Below, piece after piece: positions 11,201 through 25,407 of a stretch of DNA of 64,000 nt. Every line of letters begins with the position of its first letter. The first letter of the stretch is position 1. The stretch is from contig OZ249439.1 in NCBI GenBank assembly GCA_965235115.1, positions 24,490,001-24,554,000 of the forward strand. Reading direction: 5' to 3'. Source of the stretch: Laetmonice hystrix. Its lineage: Eukaryota. A program made the translations under genes and the position numbers. The notes under the pieces are model-generated. The model saw nothing but the letters and a program-made list of their open reading frames with translations, was not told the DNA's origin and ran no database searches.

Positions 11201-14200
11201 ACAATATGAGCGATAATTCAGGGCACTTGAGTATGTAATTCTCGAAACCTATTAAATATCTAAAGTTGATTCATTACAGTACACAATCAAAAGTCATATT
11301 CAACCCAGCTGGCCAACACATCAGAAGATGACTATACATGCAAAGACCGTTCTTTGTTCTATGCGGGCATAATATTTTGCACTATAGGACAAATGTTAAC
11401 GAACATTATATCGTATATCTGGCACACCCACGTGACGTTATACATCTTCTATAAATTACCATTTGGTTGATTCCGTTAGTTTTCAATCATGATAATTCAA
11501 GAACACCTGCTGCCCTTTGTGACGCCCCGCCTTATCTGAGTACATGCCCCCCACCTGAAGCTGGCTGTCACACGTCACCGGGTACATATACCCGTCAAAA
11601 CATTCCACAAACACTTTGCCAGCCATTGATTTTGGCGTTGGCGGCGGTTGAGGGTGATCGCGTGAGGGTGTCGCGAAGATAGTTTTCCTCTTACATGCAG
11701 TACGTACTAAATGTGAGCCCCTGGGAGCCAGGAAGCTCATCATAGCCAGGACAACTTTTATTGTCTCTCCCTTTACAAACTACCGACCGAACAGTCAGTG
11801 TGGGTGGTGAGGGTACAATTCCCGCAGTAACTATGATTGAGAGAAATAAAATTGGCCAACTTCACCGCTGAATGGTAATTACATCGACACTCGTCCCACC
11901 CCCGCTAATAGGGTGAACGTACACCATTATATAGCTGATTCGGGCCAGTGTAAAGTGACAGAATGTGGAATGGTTGCTACATAAGACTGTGGGTTGTCAT
12001 GACATCCGGTGCATAACTATAACTACAAGCACATGAACTCTAGGTAACGCCTTTCTGGTAGACCCATTTCTGTATACTACTCACATTGGGGGCAATTACT
12101 GCCCACGCCTCATGCCTGAGTGGGCTGTGGTTGCCCTCAGTTCCCGCAGTAAGCACGTTCTCCGGGAGATGCTCCTTTAATAAAGAATGCAGGTAACCTA
12201 CTGGTAGCGAGATTTGACCTAACAGAGGCAGAAATACTACCAGTTGTTCTCGAACTTCCTGTGACAAAGTTTGAGAGACAGTCACAACAAACCGTCTGGC
12301 AGACTGGTGTTCGGAGACGCTTCAGAAAAAACGTGCAGAGTCACTTCATAGGCGCCAGTGCACGACACTGTGTACATACATGTAGATATATAAAGAGAAA
12401 GAACACTTTTCCCACTGGTTCCATTTACTGCCTTCCTATATCTATACATAATAGTTACATGAAACCTGCACATTCTTTCTCCTGGCTATAGAAGACCGCA
12501 GTAAGAAAACCCTACCGTCACCATAATCATAATTGAGATTACGATGGTGAAAAAAACAAACCACTAAAAACGAGAAGACGGAAACTTCAGACGGTTCAGG
12601 CCGGTGCAGACTTACATCGATGTGGATCGATGCCAGGTGGAGACAATAGGTCTAAGATCAAAGGTAAAACACCAGACGAGCGGCACCAGGGCCTGATGAC
12701 GATACGCCCCGCCAAGGTGGGATACTGAGACTTCAAGTCGAGGTCGGTTATTGTACATACGTCTTTAATACAGTATTTATGGGAAGTTTCTTTTACCCCC
12801 AACCACCCCCACCCCCCAACTTGTGCTGATCAGTCGCGGCGCCTGTTACCAGACCCTGATACCTGTCACAAAACACACCTACAAAGCCATACCACCAGTC
12901 ACCGCCTGACGCTCACCGAGGAGTTTTCACAGACTGCCAGACTCTCCTCTATAGCTTGTAGCTACAGATAACTTGGCATGCAGGCAGCTGCAATAGTTGT
13001 TGAGAAAATCTGGATCAAATCTGTAATTTTCATTACTTTAGATTAAAGAGATTATGTAATTACTACAGGGTGGATCCAGTATTTTGGAAACGGTTGCTAT
13101 AGGTTCCCAACGGGGCCAAGTTTTCTTTTCTTGGAGGGGATGGCAAATCCGCTTTGTCCTTCCTTTGGATCTGTTCCAGAATCAAGATGTCATGTGGTGG
13201 TGGTGGTGGTTATGATGGTGGTGGTGGTGGTGGGGGGGGGGGGGGGTAGCAGTCAGCATGGTCCGCCGCCATTCCGACAGGGGTTGGGAGTGGGGGTTAG
13301 GGTGGGGGTATAGCGTGGCCGTTTGTACTATACCGCATGGCATACCAAACAAGCCATACACGCTCTTTGTTTACCTGCCTCGGTATAAACTTGTATACCC
13401 GTAAACTTTCTCCACAAACCAATTATCTCTCCAGAACAATCATTCTCCCGGTGCAGAATTTTTCATCGTTCCTCCGATCACGACTTTCTCCACCTTCTCC
13501 ACATATCAGCGTTGTTTTCAGCAAAGCAATCCACAGGAAACAAAGAATAATTGGCTTTCTTCCGAACGCTCACATTCAAGTCACATCTGAAATTTTTACT
13601 CATGTTGAGATTGTAGGAAATTGACACGAACCCCTAACCATTGTTGGCCCAATTTCCCGGACCCCGACATTTGTAGTTTTATTTACAATGCGAAGCTGAT
13701 AAAGCCTGCCCCATTGTAACAAAATCTCTTTCCATTAAAAAGCTAGTACCGGTATCTTTCCACTGCGCATAATCCCCCGAATACCTAGAGCAGACAATAA
13801 GTAAAATCGTGCTCAGAAAGACAAGGCAACGACCTTCAGAAGCAACGACAAGGGCAATTTTCATCAGGCGTACACGATGCCAGATATAAAAGCCCGCCAA
13901 TGGCTTTCCAAGGGGAGCTGCCAACTTTTCCTTCTGTGCCAGTGTTGGGTGGGAAAGTGTGTCCAATGATAGCATTGATCTGTGTATTGTAGAGCGACCA
14001 TCGGTGACATCATTTGGCATTGTTAGTCTGCCACCCGGCCCCCTCCATACAATTTGCTGGAGAAAAAACATGATTACTCCATTTGTCAGCGCCGTGTCGA
14101 CCACTTTCATTGGACTTTTCCAAACCCTAGGTTGGCTTCGAGTGATTATTTCTGTTTGCTAAATGCGACAGACCGCGAGCAGCTAATGTTATAGAACTCT

Positions 14201-16558
14201 TTGTAAAGCCAAAAATACTTAATACTAGAATTTCGATAACATATGTTTAAGAATTAATATAGGCCCTGTATAAATATTTCAATGATATTATAAAGGTCGA
14301 TATATAGAAAAAGAATATATCTGGATGACAATCTTATGACTTTCACTGTCCACTGCAGAAAAGAGTCACGAGTCACTGACCGATCGAACGATTCGATTAC
14401 CGCACGAGTAGCTCTTTTAGGTTCGTGACGTCCAGGTAATAAAACTGCGCAATGACCTGCGCATCGCTGCTTCAATAAATATCCCAATCTGTCTGCTCCC
14501 AATATTGACGTCGTCGTACATCAATTTGCATGTGTTGTTTCACCGGGGAACAATGATTAAAGATAAGATAGTAGCTTTGTTCGTCTGTTCATGATGGCAT
14601 AGTAAAATATCTACGTCTGTTTCTCTCGATGGGGAGGTAGAATGAATGGGCACGTAGTTGGAGGGCATGTATTCCACCCCACAGTCAGAGGGGTTACAAT
14701 AACTTAGTATATGTAATATGTTAACACATTATACGGGGGTTGCTCTCTAAACTGCCGTGGGGACTAGCCAGCTCCTGAGCTAGATTGTTGAATCCTGTCC
14801 CACTTTTTCAAATTCGTCCCCATCGCCTCGCTGTTACTAATACTGTCGATGTGCTCTGTACAGTATTAAAATCACTCTCAACCTAACTTCAAGTTTTTTT
14901 TCACGTTGATGTTCAACAGCGCAGTTAAATGGCAAGCCGTTTTGGCCGGATTGTATTAATTCCCGTTTTTATAATGTTACAATGCTGGCAGATCCGAATA
15001 TTATTGAATAATAGAAACGTGATTCTGGTCGTGTCAAAGCCTCCGAAAATACCTCCTCCCCAAGTCCTGTAAACAATGACCAAATGTTTGTATTTCCGAA
15101 TCATGTACCCCACCCACTCACACACCCACACCCCCCACACCCACTCCCATCCCATCCGTCTCACATTGACAGACATTCTGAAAATTCGTCAACGAGAAAC
15201 CTCTCACAGACGCAATGTCTGGGAACCAGCCACCTGCTCGCTGAAGCATCTATTTCTCTGCTCTCCTTTATCGGGTTAGGGTTGCTGGAAAAGAGGGGTT
15301 CTTCTCTTCAATGGTGGAAGCGCTGACTCAGTGGGTGGGGCAGCAGGGCAGCAGGGCGCAGGGGCCAGGGGTGCAAGGGCCCGTTGTGTGAGCCCGACGT
15401 TAGCCGAGTCTGTGTCAGCCACAGACGGGTACCCAACCTGGTCAAAGATGGCTGCCCTGTCACCCGACTGAAAGCGAAAATAGTTAGTTTTGTCTTTCTC
15501 TGATCCCATCAAGTGGAGACCAGCTGGGCCCAGTGCATTCGTTCCCACAACTGGCAACCATTAGCGAACCGCGGCAATCATACGAGAACCTTTAACAAAC
15601 TAATATCAAACAACCAAAAAAACCAAACCCACATCGCATTAACCCAAACTGACTTGATAATGAATTTGTGTTGATATTTGGACCAAAAATACCAACAAAC
15701 ATATTTATTGACTACATATTTTTAGATTTGAGTCTAAATTGCCGCAAGATTATCATGATATGCAGTTAATCCTAATTTTCATCAAAATTTCAAAAGCAGT
15801 ATATCACCTAAATAATAGAGGTTTTGAAGGCCTTTGTAATAAAAGCAGTAGGAAACATGCTATCATTACAAACAATTCTCCGGCTTACAATGCCGACTTA
15901 AGTCAACACGAGGACTTGGAATGTTTGTAACCGTAAAGTCCCATTATATTTACTAGCGTCAGATTAAGAGCACGTTTGGATTGTTGGCAAATTGTATTTA
16001 CCACATACCCTGAAACCATCCAGACCTGTAGGCATGATCGTTGTTAGCCTAGTTAAACAGGCACTGACCATGTCAGTAGGTCTATGGTCTGAATTCCAAC
16101 CTCACTAATCTCCCTTCATAATCCCCTTCGATAATCTCAAAGCGCCTCATATTAGCTCAGGGTTCGCCCAGGCCATACACGTTCGACACCATGGACATTT
16201 GCATTTTAGTTTTAGTAGCCTTTGTGAATTTAGGTCCACAGCTGGTAAAGTTTACACTTTATGGCGCACCTTGTAAAATGGTTCCTTTGTTTACGCTTGG
16301 CCTTTTGACCGTGGCTTCCTTGGATACTGCTTTGTTTGCCCTTGACCTAGAGCACGGTGCCCAGTTAATCCGGGAAGTTATCCCCACTAATCCGCGCCGG
16401 ATTAGACGGGTTAGCAAAACTTGATTGAGCCATCTCTACAGGTTATTTTACGTAACTGGGTACCGCGCCTTGTTGGAGTTTCACAATAGCTACTGCACAT
16501 GCTTAACCATTCTTTTGGAGTTGTACAACCGCAAAATGTAATTGTCACGCAATAATTA

Positions 16559-16600
16559 TGTAATCTTACATTTTGCGTTAACGCAAAATGTAAGATTACA
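16559..16600. repeat. Perfect 42-bp loopless palindrome within a CAAAATGTAA-rich repeat patch
   Basis: TGTAATCTTACATTTTGCGTT|AACGCAAAATGTAAGATTACA is its own reverse complement. Imperfect symmetry extends to about 16532-16619. Confidence 0.9.
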
Positions 16601-17270
16601 ACTGTGATATTACATTTTGTATTACAGCAGACACGCTGTAGTGCCGCAAAATGGAATTTTAACGCAAAATGTTAAAAAGAAAGTTCTAGATATTCCATGT
16701 TGGTCAACCAAAGTAGAACATTACAGGAATCTAGTATATTTGCTGATCGACGCAGGGGTTAACACTGGTAACTGATGGTGAATGACTTGGTCCATCCTCC
16801 CTCCCTCTGGCACACCTGCCGCCTGACCGTGCCCAAAGTGTTCATTTCACCTGTTTCGATTTGACAGCCAAATAGCTCGGCACGTAACAATATAATATAA
16901 CATAAAGAGTTTTGGTATTAGCCTTTATTTGAAAACATTCTAACGGTTTACAGGTCGTTTAATCTTACAGTCATTTTACCCATATCCATTTCAATAACCA
17001 CGATTACCACAGAGTGTGCTGCTTTATCCGCCCACAAAATCTCTAAAAAAGGACCCGCATATTGATTAAGAAAAGCAAAGTAGGGCCTACAGAAAATAGA
17101 CAGGTCGAAAAGCGCTGTATAATAGGTCATTCACACTGAACTATTTTGGGTCTTCGTACGGGAAGGTTACGTATACTCTCTCTGATGGCGTACATATTTA
17201 TTGATGTGGTATTCACAAATAAACGTTTATTTGAGGACCGCCTGCATCAAAGAATATCAGAATGGGTACT

Positions 17271-17385
17271 CATAGGTTGTTATTTCAAAGTCATGTTGAT
17301 AGGTAAGTCGAAAAAACTGTTGACACATAGGTTGTTATTTCAAAGTCATGTTGATAGGTAAGTCGAAAAAACTGTTGACACATAG
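17271..17385. repeat. Exact tandem duplication, 2 x 55 bp
   Basis: CATAGGTTGTTATTTCAAAGTCATGTTGATAGGTAAGTCGAAAAAACTGTTGACA occurs at 17271 and 17326, followed by a further CATAG. Confidence 0.95.
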
Positions 17386-20300
17386 ACTTTATATTTTATA
17401 TTATACGGGTATACAGGGCATATCCATCTCCGAGTTTTTATGGGACAATCTACCTTTTCCAATGATACCATTTCCAGTTCTAAATATGATATCAACGTTA
17501 AAAAAGTGTATTTTAAAGGAAATGTACCGGCAACTGGGATGTCAGTAAACCACCGTAAAATGTACGGGGGTTAAGTATAGCGTAATGTAACAACGACATC
17601 ATTATACTCTAATTTATACCTGGCCTTGATATCATTATGGTGCAGAAAACAACTGTATTATACCGTAAAATATACCGGTTTTCATAGCTGACCGTAATTT
17701 GTATGGTACGGGACGGTAAAAATTTAATATAGATACAGCATCGACAGGTGTATGAGCTTCACGAGCCGACTCAACTGTCGACGCCTTCGCGCAACCTTTT
17801 TTCCACTCCACATAAATAGAGCATCCATTTCAAACAGAAAGGCGTAGAGAAGCAACTCTACTGAACTCCTCAATGAAATCCAATTTAGACGAGTACTTTT
17901 TGCTCCATCCTGTTAATTCTTTTATTGCAGCGTTAGAATAGACCGTGTTCGCTCCCCTTTAAGTTTTGGCACGGGAGGCGAAGTTGCTATCGACCGCCGT
18001 CGCTATATTGACACGCCCGCAACCGTCGGTGACAATCGCCGCCAACGTCGGCGGCTAAAGACGTCGTAGGACTAATCGGCGCTTTGCGTGTCGCTACCAT
18101 TCATTTACTTGCTCTGTGCCCATCAAACACATGAAAGCTTCCTTCCCTTGTTTACCAGCCTCTTAATTACATCTTCAATTTGGCACGCTTTCTTACGGAG
18201 GGAATCTGTTCTCAAGTGTTCCATCTTGTGCCACTTCTGTCCTTGAGCTTCTTAAAAATGATTCGCTATTATTGGTCAACAAATGAACACCCCAAAAAAA
18301 ACTTGGCATTTGTACAAAGGAAGTGAATAAAGACATGTTCCATTTAGACAGCTCCGCGGGGGGCAATTCACGTTACAGACCCAATCAAACAATGATTATT
18401 GCTTGCAAAAAAAATATATCACTTGAATGCCAATTGGAGCCAATTAAAACAGATAATACTGACAGCTGCGAAAACAACGGCTCATATAGCTATCAATTTG
18501 TTACTCTTTATTACGTGTGTCATATCAAAATGCTGTTCAGAAACGACAAAAGTCACATAAAAAATAAGATGATGCTGCTCTGCGCGGCGGTCTAATGCCT
18601 GTTTAGTTTCCAGTCCATATATAGCCACAGAAAACAAACGTCTAACGTGACCAAACCAGGGCTGTAAATTACAATTACGCAATAAGTCAATCAGTGACTT
18701 CAATCAGTTTGCTGAGATTACGACGGAGGCCAAGAGTGACACCAGATTTGGTACACATTATACTTTATTACCTTGTCTCGCCCACAGGTCAAGACACTGT
18801 CGGCTAACCTTCCCTTATTACAAGTCACCTTAGAACTTTAATGAGTAATCCAGTCTTAAGAGATTATCATTAACTGTACCACGCTTCCCCTAAAAGTCAA
18901 ACACAATTCGCTAAGTAGCCACAATATAAGAGAATAATACGGTTATAAAGATCTAATCTGCCTAACTTTATCCTTCGATACACTTCAAACAGTTACGGGG
19001 TTTACAATCTTTAGTATTTCAACGGATTAAAACGTTTAAATCCCTCCGTATAGTATCAAGAGTCATTTTTCTGATTCCCGTTGGGGCCCGGGATAAAATA
19101 GGTTCCTTTCATTTCATGGTCTTTTAACCCTGTTTTCGCCGTGAAGATGGCCCCGGATGCCGGTACGTCGGAAAACCACCACCACTCACTCACTCATTTT
19201 TCTGATTGACTAGCAGATTCAAATGAACCACACAAATCAAACACACATCGTATTATTATATTAGGAGGGATATTTATTGTAATCTACGAACACCTTTTTA
19301 CGACCGGTCAACTCGGACCAGTTTCTTCTCAAGGAGCATTTTTGATGTCATACGGAAAAGTCCGTCAAAGTACCGGGACACGGTTACATACCTTTTTTAA
19401 AAATTCAAACACGTATACGTAAAAATGATTGATGAATATAATAACGAACCACATATATTTCAAAGAATGACACATTGGAATTGCTGAATTTTCTTTAATT
19501 ATACGAACCGAGTTACACCGTATACATTTTGTACATAATGCAGATCTGATATCCCGGGCGACAATCTGTCCACAACGTCTGAAATGAGTAGTATTAACAT
19601 TTTGGTGAGAGTCCTAGCAGCATGACAAAGGTTTCGGTATTCATAAACCTCACCCGTTCCTGCCTCCTCTGACACCCTGACACCCCTGACAGTGCCAATC
19701 CTGGCCGCCCATTTATCTTGGTTTTCTATTGTTCTTTCTTTGTGCCTGTCTTCTAAATGCCAGGCTCGGCCCGGCATCTGCGCTGGTGACTAGAGGTTAT
19801 TGTGAGGAGGGGAGGGGGGGGGGGGCACATACACCCATAGAATAGTGGTTTCGGACTCTATCATCAGTCATGATGGTGTGTACGTCCACTCATAACCATA
19901 ATAGTTCCATTTATCTCATCTGACATTCCACACGTGCACCCCACCAACCCCCTACCCCCCACCGCCGCCTGCTCTACCAAAGAGGAGTTCCCCTTCCGCC
20001 ATTTCTCCCATACCCCCCCCCCCCCACCGTCCCGTCCGTGCCGTGCATGTATGCATATTGCATATCATTATCATGGCCAGCATAATTGACACCCCCCCCC
20101 CCCCCCCCTCCGGTTCACGCGAAGTTCTCTTAACAACGATATCTCCTCACTCAGTCCCATCACATCAAGGGTCTTCTTAGTTACACGTTGGTTACACTGT
20201 GAGCCACAGCCAGAACTGATGACCCACTGTGCCGGTCATGTCCACACATACCTCCCGGCTTCCCCACCCGTAACCTTCACCCGGCCAGGATGGCTTTCAA

Positions 20301-20932
20301 CACCTTGACAAGTTTGTCTCCCCCTCCCTCCCCTCCTCCTCCAACCCGACAGCCGCCCGTAACCCGGCACCAGCCCTCACCGGATCCTTGAGGTGTGGTC
20401 CGGCAGGCTTCATGTGACGTTGTCATGCACGGGGGACATCAGCAAGGTAAGCGGCTACATGTTAGTCAACCAGTCATTCTTCCGGCCAGTCACTGTGACT
20501 TTTAACACACTGGAGCACCTATGGCACCCATGTATACAATATACCAACCCCCACACCGCAAGAATGTGCCCCTTGATAGGCACCCAACTCTCTCAGGCAT
20601 GACCTTGGGGATTCTGCTCTCGGGGTTCACACATGACTTGAAAATCAACCTCAGACATGAGACCCAAAGATAAATGAACCTCTAAACAGACGGCCGGAGA
20701 GCCGTGCAGCTCAAAGTGCCACTATTTAAGACACACAGGCATGCAACCATTTGTGGCGCTGGTCCAGTAATCCATTTTGTTAGCATCCATAAATTCCTCC
20801 ACCAACACCGCTACTATACTCCATTAAATGTAAAGTACTCCTGGTAACAGAATTTATGGAATATGTTTAAGGTAATGAAAGAAAAATCATTGAACATTCC
20901 ATCTTTCTCTTTCCAGAATAGGAAATACACCT

Positions 20933-23470
20933 TACAGAGTCTGAGACAAACGCTCTCCGTATACCAGCCGTACAGAGTCCGAGACAAAGGTCCTCTGTAT
21001 ACCGGCCGTACAGAGTCTGAGACAAATTCTCCCTGTATACCGACCGTACAGAGTCTGAGACAAATGCTCTCCGTACACCGGCCATACGGAGTCTGAGACA
21101 AACGTCCTCCGTATACCGGCCATACGGAGTCTGAGACAAACGTCCTCTGTATACCGGCCATACAGAGTCTGAGACAAAGGTCCTCTGTATACCGGCCGTA
21201 CGGAGTCTGGGACAAACGTCCTCCATATACTGGCCGTACGGAGTCTGAGACAAACGCTCTCTGTATACCGGCCGTACGGAGTCTGACACAGAGGCACTCC
21301 GTATACCGGCCGTACGGAGTCTGAGACAAACGCTCTCCGTATACCGGCCATACAGAGTCTGAGACAAAGGTCCTCCGTATACCGGCCGTACAGAGTCTGA
21401 GACAAAGGTCCTCTGTATACCGGCCGTACGGAGTCTGAGACAAACGCTCTCCGTATACCGGCCGTACGGAGTCTGAGACAAAGGTCCTCCGTATACCGGC
21501 CGTACAGAGTCTGAGACAAATTCTCTTCGTATACTGGCCGTACGGAGTCTGAGACAAACGCTCTCTGTATACCGGCCGTACGGAGTCTGAGACAAACGCT
21601 CTCTGTATACCAGCCGTACGGAGTCTGAGACAAAGGTCCTCCGTATACCGGCCGTACAGAGTCTGAGACAAATTCTCTTCGTATACTGGCCGTACGGAGT
21701 CTGAGACAAACGCTCTCTGTATACCGGCCGTACGGAGTCTGAGACAAACGCTCTCCGTATACCAGCCGTACGGAGTCTGAGACAAAGGTCCTCCGTATAC
21801 CGGCCGTACAGAGTCTGAGACAAATTCTCTCCGTATACTGGCCATACAGAGTCTGAGACAAACGTCCTCCGTATACCGGCCGTACGGAGTCTGAGACAAA
21901 CGTCCTCCGTATACCGGCCGTACGGAGTCTGAGACAAACGCTCTCCGTATACCGGCCGTACGGAGTCTGAGACAAACGCTCTCCGTATACCGGCCGTACG
22001 GAGTCTGAGACAAACGCTCTCCGTATACCAGCCGTACGGAGTCTGAGACAAACGTCCTCCGTATACCAGCCGTACGGAGCCTGAGACAAATGCTGTTCAT
22101 ATACCGGCCGTACAGAGTCTGAGACAAACGCTCTCTGTATACCGGCCGTACGGAGTCTGACACAGAGGCACTCCGTATACCGGCCGTACGGAGTCTGAGA
22201 CAAACGTCCTCCGTATACCGGCCATACAGAGTCTGAGACAAATTCTCTCCGTATACTGGCCATACAGAGTCTGAGACAAACGTCCTCCGTATACCAGCCG
22301 TACAGAGTTTGAGACAAAGGTCCTCTGTATACCAGCCGTACAGAGTCTGAGACAAACGTCCTCCGTATACTGGCCGTACGGAGTCTGAGACAAAGGTCCT
22401 CCGTATACCGGCCATACAGAGTCTGAGACAAATTCTCTCCGTATACTGGCCATACAGAGTCTGAGACAAACGTCCTCTGTATACCAGCCGTACAGAGTCC
22501 GAGACAAAGGTCCTCTGTATACCAGCCGTACAGAGTCTGAGACAAACGTCCTCCGTATACTGGCCGTACAGAGTCTGAGACAAAGGTCCTCCGTATACTG
22601 GCCATACAGAGTCTGAGACAAAGGTCCTCCGTATACTGGCCATACAGAGTCTGAGACAAACGTCCTCCGTATACTGGCCATACAGAGTCTGAGACAAAGG
22701 TCCTCCGTATACTGGCCATACAGTGTCTGAGACAAACGTCCTCCGTATACTGGCCATACAGAGTCTGAGACAAAGGTCCTCCGTATACTGGCCATACAGA
22801 GTCTGAGACAAACGTCCTCCGTATACTGGCCATACAGAGTCTGAGACAAACGTCCTCCGTATACTGGCCATACAGAGTCTGAGACAAACGTCCTCCGTAT
22901 ACTGGCCATACAGAGTCTGAGACAAACGTCCTCCGTATACTGGCCATACAGAGTCTGAGACAAACGTCCTCCGTATACCGGCCGTACGGAGTCTGAGACA
23001 AACGTCCTCCGTATACAGGCTGTACAGAGTCTGAGACAAACGTCCTCCGTATACTGGCCATACAGAGTCTGAGACAAACGTCCTCCGTATACCGGCCGTA
23101 CGGAGTCTGAGACAAACGTCCTTCGTATACCAGCCGTACGGAGTCTGAGACAAACGCTCTCCGTATACCGGCCGTACGGAGTCTGAGACAAACGCTCTCC
23201 GTATACCGGCCGTACGGAGTCTGAGACAAACGTCCTCCGTATACCGGCCGTACAGAGTCTGAGACAAAGGTCCTCTGTATACCAGCCGTACGGAGTCTGA
23301 GACAAACGTCCTCCGTATACCAGCCGTACGGAGTCTGAGACAAACGTCCTCCGTATACCAGCCGTACAGAGCCTGAGACAAATGCTGTTCATATACCGGC
23401 CGTATGGAGTCTGAGACAAAACCTCCTCTGTATACCGTGGTACAGAGCCTGAGACAAAACGTCCTCCGTA
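20933..23470. repeat. Large minisatellite, about 67 x 38 bp (consensus ATACCGGCCGTACGGAGTCTGAGACAAACGTCCTCCGT)
   Basis: Continuous 38-bp periodicity over about 2.54 kb. Variation is concentrated at CpG sites and in the ~8 nt after GAGACAAA. Confidence 0.98.
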
Positions 23471-24696
23471 CAAACATGACCCTGGGCGGCCTGACCTCCC
23501 GGCCCGTTATACCCATGTAACCTACATCAAATATTATATAGGCGCGGGTAGACAAGGATCTACTCGTGGAGACAAGGATCTCCATTTGGTTCTAACAGCT
23601 GAGCCTGGCCTCACATCAGGACACGACCTGTTAGGGGAGCTTTTCATAATCTTTACTTAGTTATATTTTTCAAAGCGGCATTCATTTTTTGGAAGCGATT
23701 ATACCTGACGTAAAAACCAGAGCGGCGTTTTATCATCTGTAAGCTCTCTGAGAACACGGGATAACTGGCTCTCTCTCTTTGACCGCACCCTAATAACTAA
23801 CGGTATATCATAGACTCACTACACTCGGAACGGCACAGTATATATAAAAGAATCAATCATCTTGCAGTATAGGGCCATCTATATAGCTTTGTGTGATAAT
23901 GTATGGGTATATATAAGCAACCTATACAAAAGTGTCGATACCTATTGATGTAAGGAACCTATTGTACTAACCACAGATGTTGTGTATTGTTATCTTGGGG
24001 TCTGGCATGAGGAGTCGTAACAACGTGGTGGTTCTGTAATGGTGTGTGTCTGAAATTGTCCCTGCTCTGACACATCGTAAATTAACCCTGAAGAAGATGG
24101 TATTATCCGAACGACATTCATAGGCTATTATTGGCGAATCGCCTCTTTCTTCATCTCTGACAAAGACCTTGTCCAATGGATAAAAAAGGGAACACAATAA
24201 AGAACAGGGAACCGTCCAATCAAAGAACCTACCCATCATGCAATCAGGTCTTTTCTGTCAAATGGTGAGATTAATTCTTAAATGGCCTTCTAAATCCTTG
24301 AGTTCAATGAGCGAAGCCCATGGACAGCGGCAATTCCACGACGTGGAGCAAAACCTGCAGCCCACTTAACCCCCCCCCCCCCCTCCAAAAAATAAAAGAG
24401 CTTCGTATACCGACAGAAATGGAGAAATCTAATAAAATTCAACAATTGCCTGTTGTCCCTATGAAGCGATCGTCTTATGGCTGGTTGTTGACAAAATAGT
24501 TGACCTGGCATTGACTTGAAGGCCTTATCTAACAGCCCATGGCTTCAATTTGGAGTCATTGAAATGAGAGATACTCGCAGATTGCTTTAATTTAGACCCC
24601 ACCCGAATCTAGCAACGGGTCAAGTCAGACGACATAATCTATATAAGTGATTGGCATACAGAATAGTTTAGTCTGGGTTTAAAAATAATACCCCTA

Positions 24697-24721
24697 AAAT
24701 AAATAAATAAATAAATAAATA
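24697..24721. repeat. (AAAT)n microsatellite
   Basis: Direct reading: AAATAAATAAATAAATAAATAAAT. Confidence 0.9.
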
Positions 24722-25364
24722 GGCCACTTGGATATGGTTGGGATTACATGAAACCCTGAGGGACTTATTGGTGTTTGGTCGGTGTCATGCCTCAGTTCTG
24801 CCCCTACAAGGGTCCATCAATCAGCCCCTGACACCGGCTCCCGCCCCCCACCACCCCCACCCCACCCCCACCATATACCCTACCCCACCATACGGGGAGG
24901 GGGACCAGCCGCCGCGTCCGCACATATTCATACGACGGCCACGCGATCCACCCGTCCTCTCCTCGGACCCCATTCATGAAAACCTAACCACAACAAAGTT
25001 CAGATGGCGCGCGGAGAGTGGGGAGGGGGGGGGGGGGCAGAATGTCATGACTTGGCAGCGACCATCTTGTGCTATGTGGCACGTCTCGCGGACGGTCGTC
25101 TGGTGGAGGGCGGGGGCGGGAGGCAGGCTGTCCTACAGAAGATGGATCGACCTACCATTGCAATACCTCCGCTTCATTCACATACGAACATCACCGCATC
25201 ACAAATATCTGGACCCCAGCAGCTAGCAACGTTTAATCAACGTTTTAGGGGGCCCATAATGCATCAATAAAGCGTTTTCTGTTAGTTGGACCCCCTCCTC
25301 CTCTCCAGCCTCCGCAACCCGCGCAGCGCCACTGACACCCCCTCCTAGTATGGCAACACCCACA

Positions 25365-25407
25365 CCCACACCCACACCCACACCCACACCCACACCCACA
25401 CCCACCC
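25365..25407. repeat. (ACACCC)n hexanucleotide microsatellite
   Basis: About 7 tandem ACACCC units; they give the VGVG and CGCG ORFs. Confidence 0.92.

Noticed and set aside
13863-13913. Ty1/copia RT-like peptide PWKAIGGLLYLASCTPD (minus strand)
   Set aside because: The Arg of TRPD is missing, the flanking translation shows no further copia similarity, and there are no LTRs. It would need a tblastn hit to be revived.
20814-23585. 923-, 803-, 458- and 394-aa ORFs as protein-coding genes
   Set aside because: They overlap in different frames of the same 38-bp repeat, whose minus strand simply lacks stop triplets. No recognisable domain. Kept only as a testable finding.
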